Source of the DNA: an uncultured Planctomycetota bacterium | GTDB lineage: Bacteria > Planctomycetota > Planctomycetia > Isosphaerales > Isosphaeraceae | Direction of reading: 5' to 3' | DNA length: 64,000 nt | Assembly: GCA_963845755.1 (NCBI GenBank) | Contig: CAWJTV010000041.1 | Span: forward strand, 512,001-576,000 | Shown here: in pieces, positions 42,616 through 53,030 of the stretch | Position numbering within the stretch: the first letter of the stretch is position 1 | How the letters are laid out: each line of letters begins with the position of its first letter | Position numbers and translations under genes: made by a program | The notes under the pieces: model-generated | What the model was told of the DNA's origin: nothing | What the model saw: only the letters and a program-made list of their open reading frames with translations | The model's database searches: none

Positions 42616-44019
42616 ATGAGCGGAGAACAAACACGATCGGCCGATTACTGGGGGCGCTACGAACCGACGGCCGACGCGCCGTGGGACCTCCGGCGGGCTG
42701 TCCATCTGCACCGCAGGGCCGGGTTCGCCGCGACCTGGAGTGAACTCCAGCGCGACCTGACCGAGGGTCCCGAGGCGAGCATCGGACGGCTCCTGGACGG
42801 CAAGTCCCGGCCGCCCGGGGCGCCGGCGCCCGAGGAGTTCGAGCGGATCGCGGGCGTCCTGGGCGAGGCCGCGGTCGCCTCGAGCGATTCCGGTCGGCTC
42901 AAGGCGTGGTGGTTCTACCGCCTGCTCTACTCGCCCGATCCGTTGGGCGAGCGGCTGACCCTGATGTGGCACAACCACTTCGCTACCAGCATTCAAAAAG
43001 TCAGCGACCCGACGGCCATGCGCCGGCAGAACGACACGCTCCGCCGCCTGGCACGGAAGCCGTTTGGCGAGCTGCTCTCGGCGATGGTCCACGATCCCGC
43101 CCTGTTGATCTGGCTCGATGCGCCGGCCAATCGCAAGGGGCATCCCAACGAGAACCTGGCCCGCGAGTTGATGGAGCTGTTCACGCTCGGCGTCGGCCAT
43201 TTCAAAGAGTCCGACGTCCAGGAGACCGCCCGGGCCTTGACCGGCTGGAGCGTCGGCGACGGCGAGTTCCGCGAGGCCCCCTCTCGCCACGATGACGACG
43301 CCAAGACAATCCTGGGCCGATCCGGAAAATTCGGCGGCCCGGACGTGGTCAAGATCCTGCTGGCCAACCCGGCGACGGCCGACCGACTGGCCTGGCGGCT
43401 CTGCGACCTGTTCATGGGCGAAGGGACCGTGGGTAAACCCGAGCGCACGGCGCTGGCGGACGGGCTGCGGTCGCACGACCTCGATATCGGCTGGGCGGTC
43501 GCCACGATCCTCCGCTCTCGCGCACTTCTTCGCCGCGTCGAACATCCGGAACCGGGTCCTGAGTCCCGTCGAGTTCGTCGTCGGCGCCGTGCGCGGACTG
43601 GAATTGATCGAGATGCCCCCCAGCACGCTCGTCCTGGCGGACTGGTCGGGCCGCCTGGGCCAGGACCTGTTCAACCCGCCGAACGTCGGTGGCTGGCCGG
43701 GCGGCCGGACCTGGCTGTCGGCTCGTTCGCTGATCGGCCGCGCGCGCATTTCGCCACGGCGCTCGTCGAGGGACGCGGCGTGGGCCGCGACACGCCGCTC
43801 GACCCGATCGCGCTGGCCCGCCATCACGGCCGAGGACATGACGGCGCCGAGGCGCTCCGCTTCTGCGCCGAACTGCTGCTGGGCATCGTGCCGGACGCCC
43901 GATGGATCGATCGCCTGGGCGCGTCGCTCGGCGTCAAATCGAAGGCGGACTGGAACGAGGACACGGCTCGGCGCGCGGTTGCCCAACTCCTCGGTTCGGC
44001 GGAGGCCCAGATCGGTTGA
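42616..44019 (+). CDS. DUF1800 family protein (compensating frameshifts near 43520 and 43745)
   Basis: HLHRRAGF, WHNHFATS, PNENLARELMELFTLG; LGQDLFNPPNVGGWPGG lies in the alternative frame. Confidence 0.88.
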   Translation: MSGEQTRSADYWGRYEPTADAPWDLRRAVHLHRRAGFAATWSELQRDLTEGPEASIGRLLDGKSRPPGAPAPEEFERIAGVLGEAAVASSDSGRLKAWWFYRLLYSPDPLGERLTLMWHNHFATSIQKVSDPTAMRRQNDTLRRLARKPFGELLSAMVHDPALLIWLDAPANRKGHPNENLARELMELFTLGVGHFKESDVQETARALTGWSVGDGEFREAPSRHDDDAKTILGRSGKFGGPDVVKILLANPATADRLAWRLCDLFMGEGTVGKPERTALADGLRSHDLDIGWAVATILRSRALLRRVEHPEPGPESRRVRRRRRARTGIDRDAPQHARPGGLVGPPGPGPVQPAERRWLAGRPDLAVGSFADRPRAHFATALVEGRGVGRDTPLDPIALARHHGRGHDGAEALRFCAELLLGIVPDARWIDRLGASLGVKSKADWNEDTARRAVAQLLGSAEAQIG

Positions 44020-44074
44020 TCGGAATCGTTGACTACAGAGACCGCAAATCGACGAAGACGAGGATCCAGAGGAT

Positions 44075-44224
44075 TCACCACAGAGTCACAGAGCACACAG
44101 AGAATACAAATGATCGAAATATTCATGTGAGAAAACTTTGAGACTCGCAGGACAAGTCAAACGGAATAATATTGATAGAGAATAATATTTGAATTCTCTG
44201 TGTTCTCTGTGTCTCTGTGGTGAG
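44075..44224. repeat. Inverted nonamer tandem repeat (CACAGAG-based)
   Basis: tcaccacagagtcacagagcacacagagaat ... attctctgtgttctctgtgtctctgtggtga around an AT-rich spacer. Confidence 0.85.
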
Positions 44225-44280
44225 AAATCCGGATGATTCTCGAATTTCCGGTCCGACTATCAGACAACGGAGAAGTCTCG

Positions 44281-45516
44281 ATGCTCACGCGACGCGATCT
44301 TCTGAAATCGACCCTGAACGGGGCGGCCTTGGTGGCCTTGAGCCCGACCGTGCCGACCTTCCTGGCGAATACCGCGCGGGCGGCTGAGCCCCGGCGCGAC
44401 GGCCGAGTGCTGGTCGTGATCCAGCTTGATGGGGGCAACGACGCGATCAACACCCTGGTCCCCTTCCGCGACGAGGGCTATGCGAAGCACCGCAACGCGT
44501 TGCGAATTCCCGAGAAGAACCTGGTGAAGGTCAACGATCAGGTGGGCTTGCACCCGGGCCTGCGCGATCTCGGCGCGCTGCTCCAGCGGGGCCAGCTCGG
44601 GCTCGTGCCGGGTGTGGGCTATCCCAACCCGAACCGTTCGCACTTCGAGAGCATGGCGATCTGGCAGACGGCGCGACTCGATCCCGAGGACCACTCCGGC
44701 CCGGGCTGGATCGGTCGGAGCTTCGACGAACCGGCCGAGGCGTGGTCTCCCCGCGCTTCCGGCGCACCGGCCCTCCTGATTGGCGACGGGACCCCACCCA
44801 CCGCCTTGCGCGGCCGGCGTGCCGCGGCCTCGGCACTGGACCGGATCGAGGACCTCACTCTCCCCGAGGGATCGGCCCGATCGGTCATCACCACGCCCCT
44901 GAATTCCGCCGCCGATGATGATCTCGAGGCCTACGTGCGACGAAGCGTGCTCGACGCCTATTCCGCCTCGGAGCGCGTGACCGAGCTCACGCGTCGCCGC
45001 ATCGATTCGGATGTCCGTTATCCCGACACGGCCCTGGCCGGCAAGCTCCGCACGGTGGCCCAGCTCCTCAAGGCCGACCTCGGAGCCCGAGTCTTCTATA
45101 CGATCCAGTCGGGATACGACACCCATGCCGGCCAGTCGAACACGCATTACAGCCTGTTCTTCGAGCTGGGTGGTGCGATCAAGGCGTTCCTGGACGACCT
45201 GACCGCGGCCAAGCTGGCCGATCGGGTAACCGTGCTGGGCTTCAGCGAGTTCGGCCGCCGGGTGGCCGAGAACGGCTCGGCCGGCACCGACCACGGCACC
45301 GCCGGGCTGGTGTTCCTCGCCGGACCGGGAGTCCTCCCCGGGGTGCACGGCAAGGTCCCCAGCCTGACCGACCTCGTCAACGGGGATCCCAAGATCTCCA
45401 CCGATTTCCGCCGCGTCTATGCCGCCGTCCTGGAGAACTGGCTCGAATTACCCAGCCGTACGGCGCTCGGCGCAGCGTTCGAGCCGATCCCGCTCTTTCG
45501 GCTAACGCGGTCGTGA
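44281..45516 (+). CDS. DUF1501 family protein (Tat signal)
   Basis: TRRDLLK, QLDGGND, PNRSHF, GYDTH, SEFGRR, GTDHG; follows DUF1800. Confidence 0.92.
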   Translation: MLTRRDLLKSTLNGAALVALSPTVPTFLANTARAAEPRRDGRVLVVIQLDGGNDAINTLVPFRDEGYAKHRNALRIPEKNLVKVNDQVGLHPGLRDLGALLQRGQLGLVPGVGYPNPNRSHFESMAIWQTARLDPEDHSGPGWIGRSFDEPAEAWSPRASGAPALLIGDGTPPTALRGRRAAASALDRIEDLTLPEGSARSVITTPLNSAADDDLEAYVRRSVLDAYSASERVTELTRRRIDSDVRYPDTALAGKLRTVAQLLKADLGARVFYTIQSGYDTHAGQSNTHYSLFFELGGAIKAFLDDLTAAKLADRVTVLGFSEFGRRVAENGSAGTDHGTAGLVFLAGPGVLPGVHGKVPSLTDLVNGDPKISTDFRRVYAAVLENWLELPSRTALGAAFEPIPLFRLTRS

Positions 45517-45556
45517 ACGATCGCGGTACAATCGAGTCGGATTGCGGAGGCCCAAC

Positions 45557-45799
45557 ATGAAAACGATCACGGTTCAAGCCGAGGTGTCCGCCGACGGGAT
45601 CCTCAAACTCGAGGTCCCGTGTGATCTGACACCCGGCCGCGTGGAGGTTGTCCTCACGGTTCAGCCTCATCAACCCAATCCATCTCAGAATCGAATCGAT
45701 TGGGGGCAATTGTCCGGACTGGGGCGTGAAGTCTGGCAAGGGATCGATGCCGAAAGTTACGTCACTGATCTGCGTGCGGATCGAGATTTCGGGTCATGA
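45557..45799 (+). CDS. Putative antitoxin of the adjacent PIN toxin
   Basis: 80 aa, GGAGG RBS, LSGLGREVWQGIDAESYV; ATGA overlap with PIN gene. Confidence 0.75.
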   Translation: MKTITVQAEVSADGILKLEVPCDLTPGRVEVVLTVQPHQPNPSQNRIDWGQLSGLGREVWQGIDAESYVTDLRADRDFGS

Positions 45800-46272
45800 C
45801 AATCCTCGACGCGATCCCGGCGGGGAGCCTGGCGGCTCTCGATACCGTCGTCTGGATCTACGAGTTCGAGACGCATCCTGTCTTCGGTCAGGTCACAAAC
45901 TTGCTATTCCGCGAGGGGTTCGGCACCGGACGTTGCCGAGCGGCTTGCAGCTTACTTGCCCTGGGAGAGCTCCTGGTGCAGCCGCTTGCCCAGGGCCGGC
46001 CTGACCTCGTGGACCGGTACCGGCAGATCATCACCCCAAGCCCGGAGCTGACCGTCTGGGAAATGACTCGCGATGTCATTGAAGCCGCCGCAGCTCTTCG
46101 CGCGAGATATCGAGTCCGATTGCTCGACGCCATTCACTTGGCTTCGGCCGCGATCCATCGCGCCGATTTTTTTATCACCAACGACGAAGGTCTTCGGAGG
46201 GTCCGAGAAGTTCAGGTCCTGATCTTGGCCGATTATCTCCCTACGGTCCCCGGAGAGCAGGCTTCATCCTAA
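45796..46272 (+). CDS. vapC: PIN domain (VapC-like) toxin
   Basis: ALDTVVWIY, LGELLV, DAIHLASA, FITND. Confidence 0.88.
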   Translation: MTILDAIPAGSLAALDTVVWIYEFETHPVFGQVTNLLFREGFGTGRCRAACSLLALGELLVQPLAQGRPDLVDRYRQIITPSPELTVWEMTRDVIEAAAALRARYRVRLLDAIHLASAAIHRADFFITNDEGLRRVREVQVLILADYLPTVPGEQASS

Positions 46273-46291
46273 CGCGGCCTTCGGCCGCAAC

Positions 46292-46380
46292 CCAATCGGG
46301 ATTCCCGATTCGCGATTCCGGATTCCCGAAGGGGAATGATCCGGGAATCGGGAATCTCGAATCCGGAATTCGGAATCCCC
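46292..46380. repeat. Inverted heptamer tandem repeat (SGATTCC / GGAATCS)
   Basis: ggattcc cgattcg cgattcc ggattcc ... gggaatc gggaatc tcgaatc cggaatt cggaatc, preceded by gcggcc-ttc-ggccgc hairpin. Confidence 0.8.
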
Positions 46381-46470
46381 AGAGGCGCGGAGGGCGCAGG
46401 GAGCCTACGGAGGACGACTCTAGAGCGCTTCACATTTGGGTTGCACACACGCGAATCCGGTTCCCAAAGA

Positions 46471-46564
46471 ACCCCCCGGAACCCCCCCTTCGCAAGGGGG
46501 GGAGAATTGAGGAGGAGTGGCCCATTTCCTGTCCCCCCCTTGCGAAGGGGGGGTTCCGGGGGGT
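46471..46564. repeat. Palindromic REP-like doublet (CCCCCCCTT-AAGGGGGGG type)
   Basis: accccccggaacccccccttcgcaagggggg ... ccccccttgcgaagggggggttccggggggt. Confidence 0.85.
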
Positions 46565-46821
46565 GGATTCGCATCGCTCTGGGCGTGCGCAACGCAATTG
46601 ATAAGCGCTCTAACAACTCGGCTGAACATCCTTAATCGGCTAAAACGCACTCATCATCACAGCCCGTAAAATCGTTGTGATCGCGATTCGACCCCGTAAG
46701 ACGGGAGACTGTCAGTCGAAACCCGCGCGAGCCCTGCCGCGGCACGAGGACTGAACCTCCCTGGGTTCCGCGTCCATTCGCCCGCCCGCGACATCCCGGA
46801 CGGATCGCGTGCCTTCGCGCA

Positions 46822-47961
46822 CTATCCTTTAACTTCAGCATTCGCGCGATTCAAGAGGGCCCTCATGTAAGCGAATCCGTACGCGGTCTGCGCGAACTGG
46901 CCGCCCACCAGGCTCGGGCTGTGATCGAGGATCACGATGCCGTCGTATTTGACGTCGCGCAGAGCCTTCATAATCTTGTACATATCATAATAACCATTGT
47001 CCATGAACGTTTCCACGAAATGCGGGAGGGGCGCGCTGACGTTGCGGAAGTGGATTTTCCAGATCTTGTCCGCGCCGAAGGTGCGGATCATCTCTTCCGG
47101 GTCCTTACCCGTGAGCTGGCGGCCGCCCTCGAGCCAGGTACCGCAGCACAGGCAGATCCCGACGTTCGGGCTGTTGGCGATCTCCAGGGCGCGCTTGTAG
47201 CCTTCGTAGTTGCTGAAGATGCAACGGGGGACACCGGCCAGGACGGGCACCGGTGGATCATCCGGATGGATCCCGATCCGGACACCAACCTCTTCCGCGA
47301 CCGGGACCACTTGCTTGATGAAATGGGTGTAATTCTCCCAGATCTCGTCCTTCGTGAACACGCGGCCGTGAGAGAGGGGTTCCTTCCAGCTCCGGCCGCC
47401 CCACGTACCGCGTTTATTCGGACTCGACAGATCGAACTCCCGGGCGGACGCTCCGCGGCTCTTCGCTCGGCCGCTGCTCCAGATCCCGTTCCCCATGTGA
47501 GCGTACGTCGTATAGAAGATGCCGGCCTTCCCGAGGCTGCGGAGGTACTGCTTGTACTGCTCGATCTTCTCATCCCGGCCGGGGAGGTTGAGTGTGACTT
47601 CCGGCATGTTATGCACATCCGTGTTGCCGATGTTCCATACCGTGATCCCGGCGTCTCCATACCGCTTCTTGATCTGCATGAAGCCCTCGGTGGTCCGCAG
47701 ATCCGGCGAGGACCCGACGCTGACGTATTCGGCGCCGATCTGTTGGAGAAAGAGCAACTGCTCATCGGTCGGTTTGGCGGAAGACTGGGCACACAGCTTG
47801 ATCCCGGGCTTGTTGGGGTGCACCACGGCCGAGCTCTTGACCCCCGATCCGAGGAAGGTCACGGCGCCCAACGTACCGGTCAGCGCCAACTTTCCAAATT
47901 CCCTGCGGTCGGGACCGGACGGCATGCCACTCGTCGTCTTGTTCGCCTCGTGAGGGTTCAT
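46822..47961 (-). CDS. Mannonate dehydratase family protein with Tat-like signal
   Basis: IGIHPDDPP, GICLCCG, KIHFRNV, ETFMDNG, LDHSP; N-terminal DRREFGK. Confidence 0.85.
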   Translation of the reverse strand: MNPHEANKTTSGMPSGPDRREFGKLALTGTLGAVTFLGSGVKSSAVVHPNKPGIKLCAQSSAKPTDEQLLFLQQIGAEYVSVGSSPDLRTTEGFMQIKKRYGDAGITVWNIGNTDVHNMPEVTLNLPGRDEKIEQYKQYLRSLGKAGIFYTTYAHMGNGIWSSGRAKSRGASAREFDLSSPNKRGTWGGRSWKEPLSHGRVFTKDEIWENYTHFIKQVVPVAEEVGVRIGIHPDDPPVPVLAGVPRCIFSNYEGYKRALEIANSPNVGICLCCGTWLEGGRQLTGKDPEEMIRTFGADKIWKIHFRNVSAPLPHFVETFMDNGYYDMYKIMKALRDVKYDGIVILDHSPSLVGGQFAQTAYGFAYMRALLNRANAEVKG

Positions 47962-48027
47962 GGCTTTCCGCTCCGTGAGGGGTGTATGGGTCGGAAACTG
48001 GCAGGAACGGCCGTCATCAGGACTCGA

Positions 48028-49480
48028 TCAAAAAAGTTCCCGGATCGGCTCGCCTTGCTCCACGATGAAACGAGGGCGACCGGTGCCGTCGGTGTAAGTG
48101 GCATCCAGCGGCACGCCCATGTGGCGATAGATCGTCGCCGCCAGGTCACCGGGCGTGACGGGCCGTTCCTGGATATGGCCGCCGTCGGCTTCGGTCGAAC
48201 CGATGACCTGACCGTGTCGCAGGCCGCCGCCGGCCATGGCCATCGACATCACGACCGCCCAGTGATTCCGGCCGTCGGTGCTCCCCTGCGTGCCCATCAT
48301 CGGGGTGCGGCCGAACTCGCCCATGGCGAGGACCAGCACGTCGTCGAGCAGGCCGTGGTCGTCCAGGTCGGAGACCAGGGTTGTCACCAGGTTGTCGAAG
48401 ATGCGGCAGCAGCGGCTTGAGCCCCTTGCTGATCCCACCATAGGGAGGGATGTTATCCCCGTGCGTATCCCAGGTCCCCGACGCGGCGTGATAACTCAAA
48501 TCGAGGGTGACGAACGCGACCCCCGCCTCGACCAGTCGCCGGGCCAGGAGAGCCTGCTGACACCAGAGGTGCTTGCCGTATCGGTCGCGGACCTGTGCCG
48601 GTTCCCTCGACAGATCGAAGGTTTGCTGGGCTTTCGGACCGGTCAACATGTCCACGGCGGCCTGGGCATGACGGTCCATCACGTCAATCGCGGCGGAATG
48701 ATCGAGTCGGGCTCGCAACACGTCGAGGTCCCGGAGCAACGAACGGCGGTCCATCAGCCGCTTGTGAGTCAGCCCGCGCGGGAGCCGGAAGAATTCGCCC
48801 TCGGTCTGGCGACCGGTGTCGACACCGACGTCCGTGTAGATCGGCAGCTTCGCGGCGCGGTTGGCGATGAATGGGTCGAATTGCTGGCCCAGGTCACCCC
48901 CTCGGGCGATGTGGTCCCGCGAGGTCTGGAACGCGACATAGGGCGGCAGACTCGTTTGGTTCGCCCCGCGCCACTTCGCGACCACCGACCCGATGGCCGG
49001 GAGATTCTCCCCGGCCGGATTGATCCTGGGGGCGGCATCGAGGTGGCCGGTCTGGAACACCTGGTTCGGCTCGTGGTTGCTGTGTTGCGCGTCCACGGAC
49101 CGGATGATGGTGAACCGATCCAGCATCGCCGCCATCCTGGGCAGATGCTCGCAGAATGAGACGCCCGGCAGCTTGGTCGAGATCGCGCCGAACGGCCCGC
49201 GATTCTGAAGTGGCCGGTCGGGCTTGGGGTCCCAGGTATCGATCTGACTGGGGCCGCCGGTCATCCAGAGCAGGATCACCGACTTGCCGGTCGGCAGGGC
49301 GCGACCCGTCTCGGCGGCCGCGGCCCTGAGGCGCAAGACGTCGGCGAAGCTCAGCCCGCACACCCCGGCCAGGCTGGCCTTGAGCATGTTCCTCCGGCTG
49401 GCGACGACCAGCCCTTCCCGCTCGAGCGGGTTGAGTGCGGCGAACGCGTGCGAATGACCATGCGGTTTGACTGCGCTCAT
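48028..49480 (-). CDS. DUF1501 family protein (frameshift near 48400)
   Basis: SRRNML, GGPSQIDTWDPKP, LLARRLVEAGV, WDTH; GEFGRTP and GRNHW in ORF 48028..48441. Confidence 0.88.
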
Positions 49481-49621
49481 ACGACGACCCACCAGCCATC
49501 AGGATCGCTCCCGAGAAAACGATACGCTCTTCGATCATAACCGGGAGCTGCGGCTAAGAGCGTTCGGACAAAATGACGAGCACGTCGAGGCCGGCACCTG
49601 GGGGCTGCGCCGGCCAGCCGC

Positions 49622-49679
49622 GCTTGACCCCAGCCACCCCCCCTCCGCCCTGGCAGCCCCGGGGTGGCTGGGGTCGAGC
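49622..49679. repeat. Palindromic REP-like element
   Basis: gcttgaccccagccacccc / ggggtggctggggtcgagc, 19-bp arms with one mismatch. Confidence 0.7.
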
Positions 49680-49797
49680 CCGAAGGGCGATGCCCCCAGG
49701 AGACCAGAGCCCCACGTTCTTTCTTTCCGAACGCCCTAAGAGTGCCTAAAACGACCCGGACCCTCACAGCTCTTGACCCTTCTCCCTTGAAGAGTTC

Positions 49798-49902
49798 AAC
49801 CACGAAATACACGAAATTCGCGAAAAATCCGGAGGGTGAAGGAAATGGATAGCCGATTCTCGAATTTTTCATATTTCGTGTATTTCGTGTATTTCGTGGT
49901 TA
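49798..49902. repeat. Inverted nonamer tandem repeat (CACGAAATA)
   Basis: aaccacgaaatacacgaaattcgcgaaa ... tttcgtgtatttcgtgtatttcgtggtt. Confidence 0.85.
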
Positions 49903-49931
49903 AATTAGGAGTTCTAAGGCATCACTCTTGC

Positions 49932-50469
49932 TCATGAGCAATCCCAACCTAGCAAGACAAGCTTGCAGTGCCGGCAAACGAACTTGTAGAAAGCAGGATC
50001 CCCTCCCGCCTGATAGCCCTTCGTGATCTGCGACCAGGCTTGCTGAGACAAGCTGTATTCGCGCATCCACTCCGCCTTTGTTTTGGGCGTGGCGTTCGCC
50101 ACATCGCTGGCCGAGGCATCGCCATGGAACTCACACGCATTCACCGCAATGAGCAAGCCAAGATTCTTGCTGCCATGACGTGTAGGCAGGCGTTCTGAGA
50201 TGGACTTCTTCCACGATGGTTGCCGACAAGCCGGCCTGAACCAAGGGATGTGAATCTGCGAAGGACGCCCCGAGCTTGGTGGCCGCCGACCCATCTGCGA
50301 TGCACCAAGGGCAAAGGCGCGCATGAAGGTTGTCGACCGAGTAAACCGGACCAATGTACACGAATCCGCGTGCCTGGCCGCAGCAGACGCACACACTGTC
50401 GCCTGGCTTGACCACGCCGGTCGCAATCGGATCGGGGTGATAGCGGAATCCGGGCAGGATATCAGTCAT
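49932..50469 (-). CDS. CbrC (UPF0167) family protein (frameshift near 50140)
   Basis: FRYHPDPIATG, CVCCG, LCPWCIADGSA, RTPAYTSWQQESWLAHC, FVCRHC. Confidence 0.87.
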
Positions 50470-50697
50470 AGGAGCTAACACCAAAGCCCAGCGGTCCGGC
50501 CCATCGAGCGTACCACTCATACTGCCAGAAACCGCCACGGCGGACCGGGCCGGCGGAGGCCAGAGGAAAGTCGCGCGATCCAGCGATCGTATGGAGGTCG
50601 CATTCCTTTCGCAAGGTTCTTCCCCCCCGACATGATTTCCCGCAACACTTATCATCTCAGGAGAGGCCACTATGACGTAACTTCGATCTCAGGATAA

Positions 50698-51603
50698 GAG
50701 CGCTCGGAAAAAATGAGTTCACTGGCCCAGGAGCCTCAAACAGATCAAGGAACATGCTAACTTGAGGAACGCGTCTTGAATCTCGGTGAGCCGATCCAAA
50801 CGGCGGCGCAGCCGGCCGAAGGAGTGCAGCCACGCGATGGTCCGCTCTACGTACCAGCGGGACTTGCCCAAACCGCTGCCGTGCTCCGTATTGCGGGCCG
50901 CCAGCACCGGCGTGGTCCCCCGGCCGCGCAAACCCTGCCGCACCGGTTCCGAGTCGTAGCCCCGATCCCCCTGCAAGCGGTCGGGCTTCTGCCGCTTCGG
51001 CCCCGGCTTGCCGCCCACCGGCGGCATGTCGTCGAGCGTCGTGAAGACCTGGGTGATCTCGGGGACGTTGGCGGCGGTCACCGTCGCCGCCAGCGGCACG
51101 CCTTGGGCGTCGGTCATCACGTGGTGCTTGCTGCCGGATTTGCTCCGGTCCGTCGGATTCGGGCCGGTATCCTCGCCCCCTTCCGGGGCCTTGGCGAAGG
51201 AGGCGTCGATCAGCGCCCGCTCCCAGTCGATCGCGTCAGCGCCGTTGAGCTCGGCCAGCAAGACGGCGTGCAACTGGCGCCAGACACCGGCCTGCTGCCA
51301 CGCCTGCAGGTAGGACCGGCAGGTCTTGCCGCAGCCGCAGCCGAGGTCGGCGGGCAAGTCGTCCCAGGCGATGCCGGTCTTGAGCACGAACAAGATGCCG
51401 GTGAGGATCTTGCGGTAGTCGAGGGGTTTGCGTCCCGGGAAGCGGAAGCGGCGCGGAGGCGGGGGTGGCAGCAAGGGCTCCAGGCGCTTCCACAGTGCAT
51501 CGGAGACAAGGGGTTTCATGGTGGTCCTCCTTCGGTTCGGGAGATCACTCTCCGAAGGACTCAAGAGCAGACAGCGTGCCAGTGGATTCATTTTTTCCGA
51601 GCC
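50698..51603 (-). mobile_element. IS5 family insertion sequence
   Basis: 25-bp inverted repeats at 50702-50726 and 51578-51602 (2 mismatches); TAA on both flanks (50695-97, 51604-06) as candidate target duplication. Confidence 0.88.
50719..51519 (-). CDS. IS5 family transposase
   Basis: GILFVLKTGIAW, IDAS, GDRGYD, RWYVERTIAWL. Confidence 0.95.
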   Translation of the reverse strand: MKPLVSDALWKRLEPLLPPPPPRRFRFPGRKPLDYRKILTGILFVLKTGIAWDDLPADLGCGCGKTCRSYLQAWQQAGVWRQLHAVLLAELNGADAIDWERALIDASFAKAPEGGEDTGPNPTDRSKSGSKHHVMTDAQGVPLAATVTAANVPEITQVFTTLDDMPPVGGKPGPKRQKPDRLQGDRGYDSEPVRQGLRGRGTTPVLAARNTEHGSGLGKSRWYVERTIAWLHSFGRLRRRLDRLTEIQDAFLKLACSLICLRLLGQ

Positions 51604-51616
51604 TAAGGAGTCTTCG

Positions 51617-52985
51617 ATGAGCGACCACGTTCTCCCTCGTTGCAATCGGCGGCAGATGCTCGGTGCGGCTGGTGCGTGGTCGCTGGGCGCCGCGTTCATC
51701 GGGACGCGCAACGGCCGGGTCGGATCGGGATTCGCATCCCGTTCCGGTCACGAACCCGCGGCGATGTCCGGCGATCGCATCGAGCCGGCGTGGGACGAGC
51801 GGCTGACGATCACCGTCGGCGGCAAGGACGGCGATCTGGTCGGGACGACCGACAAGGCCATTCAGGCCGCCGTCGATTACGTCGCCCAGCGCGGGGGCGG
51901 GACGGTCCACATCCAGCCGGGTACCTATCGGTTCCGCAATGCCGTCTACCTGGCGCCGCGAATCCGATTGATCGGCAGTGGTCCCGAGACCGTGCTGATC
52001 AAGGAGCCGTTCGACCTCGACCAAACTCGCCGCCGATTCCGACTGGTATGACCAGGAGGTCACACTGGCCGACGCCCGTGGCTTCCGGCTCGGCGACGGG
52101 GTCTGCTTCCAGGCCAGGGACCCCGATCACGGCGGAAACCTCGTCCTCAAGCGGACGCTCGTCGCCCGGTCGGGAAACCGCTTCAAACTCGACCGCGCCT
52201 TGCGTGACAACCTCTGGCTCAAGGGCGAACCGACCGCGTTCGACCCTCTTCCCGATTCTCTCCGGCGAGAACCTATCGGGCGTCGTCATCGAGAACCTCG
52301 CCATCGACGGCAACAAGGCCGGGAACGATCTGCTCGACGGCAACTATGCCGGATGCATCTGGCTCCAGGATTGTTCGGACGTGACGATCCGCAAGGTCAT
52401 CGCGCGGAACTACCATGGCGACGGCATCAGTTGGCAGGTCTGTCACGACGTCCGCGTCGAGGATTGCCACAGCCACGACCATACCGGACTGGGCTTCCAT
52501 CCCGGCTCGGGCTCGCAACGGTCGATCATCCGCGCGAATCGCTCCGAACACAACCAGATCGGCATCTTCTTCTGCTGGGGCGTCCGGTTCGGCCTGGCCG
52601 AGAACAACACGATCGTCTGCGGTGCGCGAGTCGGGGATCTCGATCGGCCATCGCGATACCGACAACCTGATCCGCGACAACACGATCACGGGCAGCGGCA
52701 AGGTCGGCATCCTGTTTCGCGACGAGACGGCCGCGTTCGGCCCGCATCGCAATCGCTGCGAGCAGAATCGCATCATAGACAGCGGGCCAGGCGATGGGAT
52801 TGGCATCGACGTCCGCGGCCGTGACCGAGTCGGTCACGCTGTCGCATAACGAGATCCGCGAGACCCGCAAGCCGATGTCGCGGGTCGGCATCCGGGTCGG
52901 CGCCAAGACCCGCGACATCACCCTCGCCGAGAACCGGATCGCCGGCTACGCCGTGGATGTCTCGGATTTGCGGAGTCGAGGATAG
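51617..52985 (+). CDS. Right-handed parallel beta-helix (pectate-lyase-like) protein, Tat signal (about four frameshifts)
   Basis: RRQML signal; AIQAAVD..GGGTVHIQPGTY; NLAIDGN; GI..N repeats spread over several frames. Confidence 0.78.
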
Positions 52986-53030
52986 ATCCGGGTCACGACC
53001 TATCACGTTCCGAACGAGGGCGAGAGCCGC

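Noticed and set aside
40147..43986. 1279-aa minus-strand ORF and other long antisense ORFs (e.g. 24013..25713, 28896..30863, 61885..63492)
   Set aside because: Shadow frames opposite recognisable genes, expected in high-GC DNA; no motifs
46269..46650. Short ORFs 46269..46616, 46336..46635 and 46420..46650
   Set aside because: They are translations of palindromic repeats
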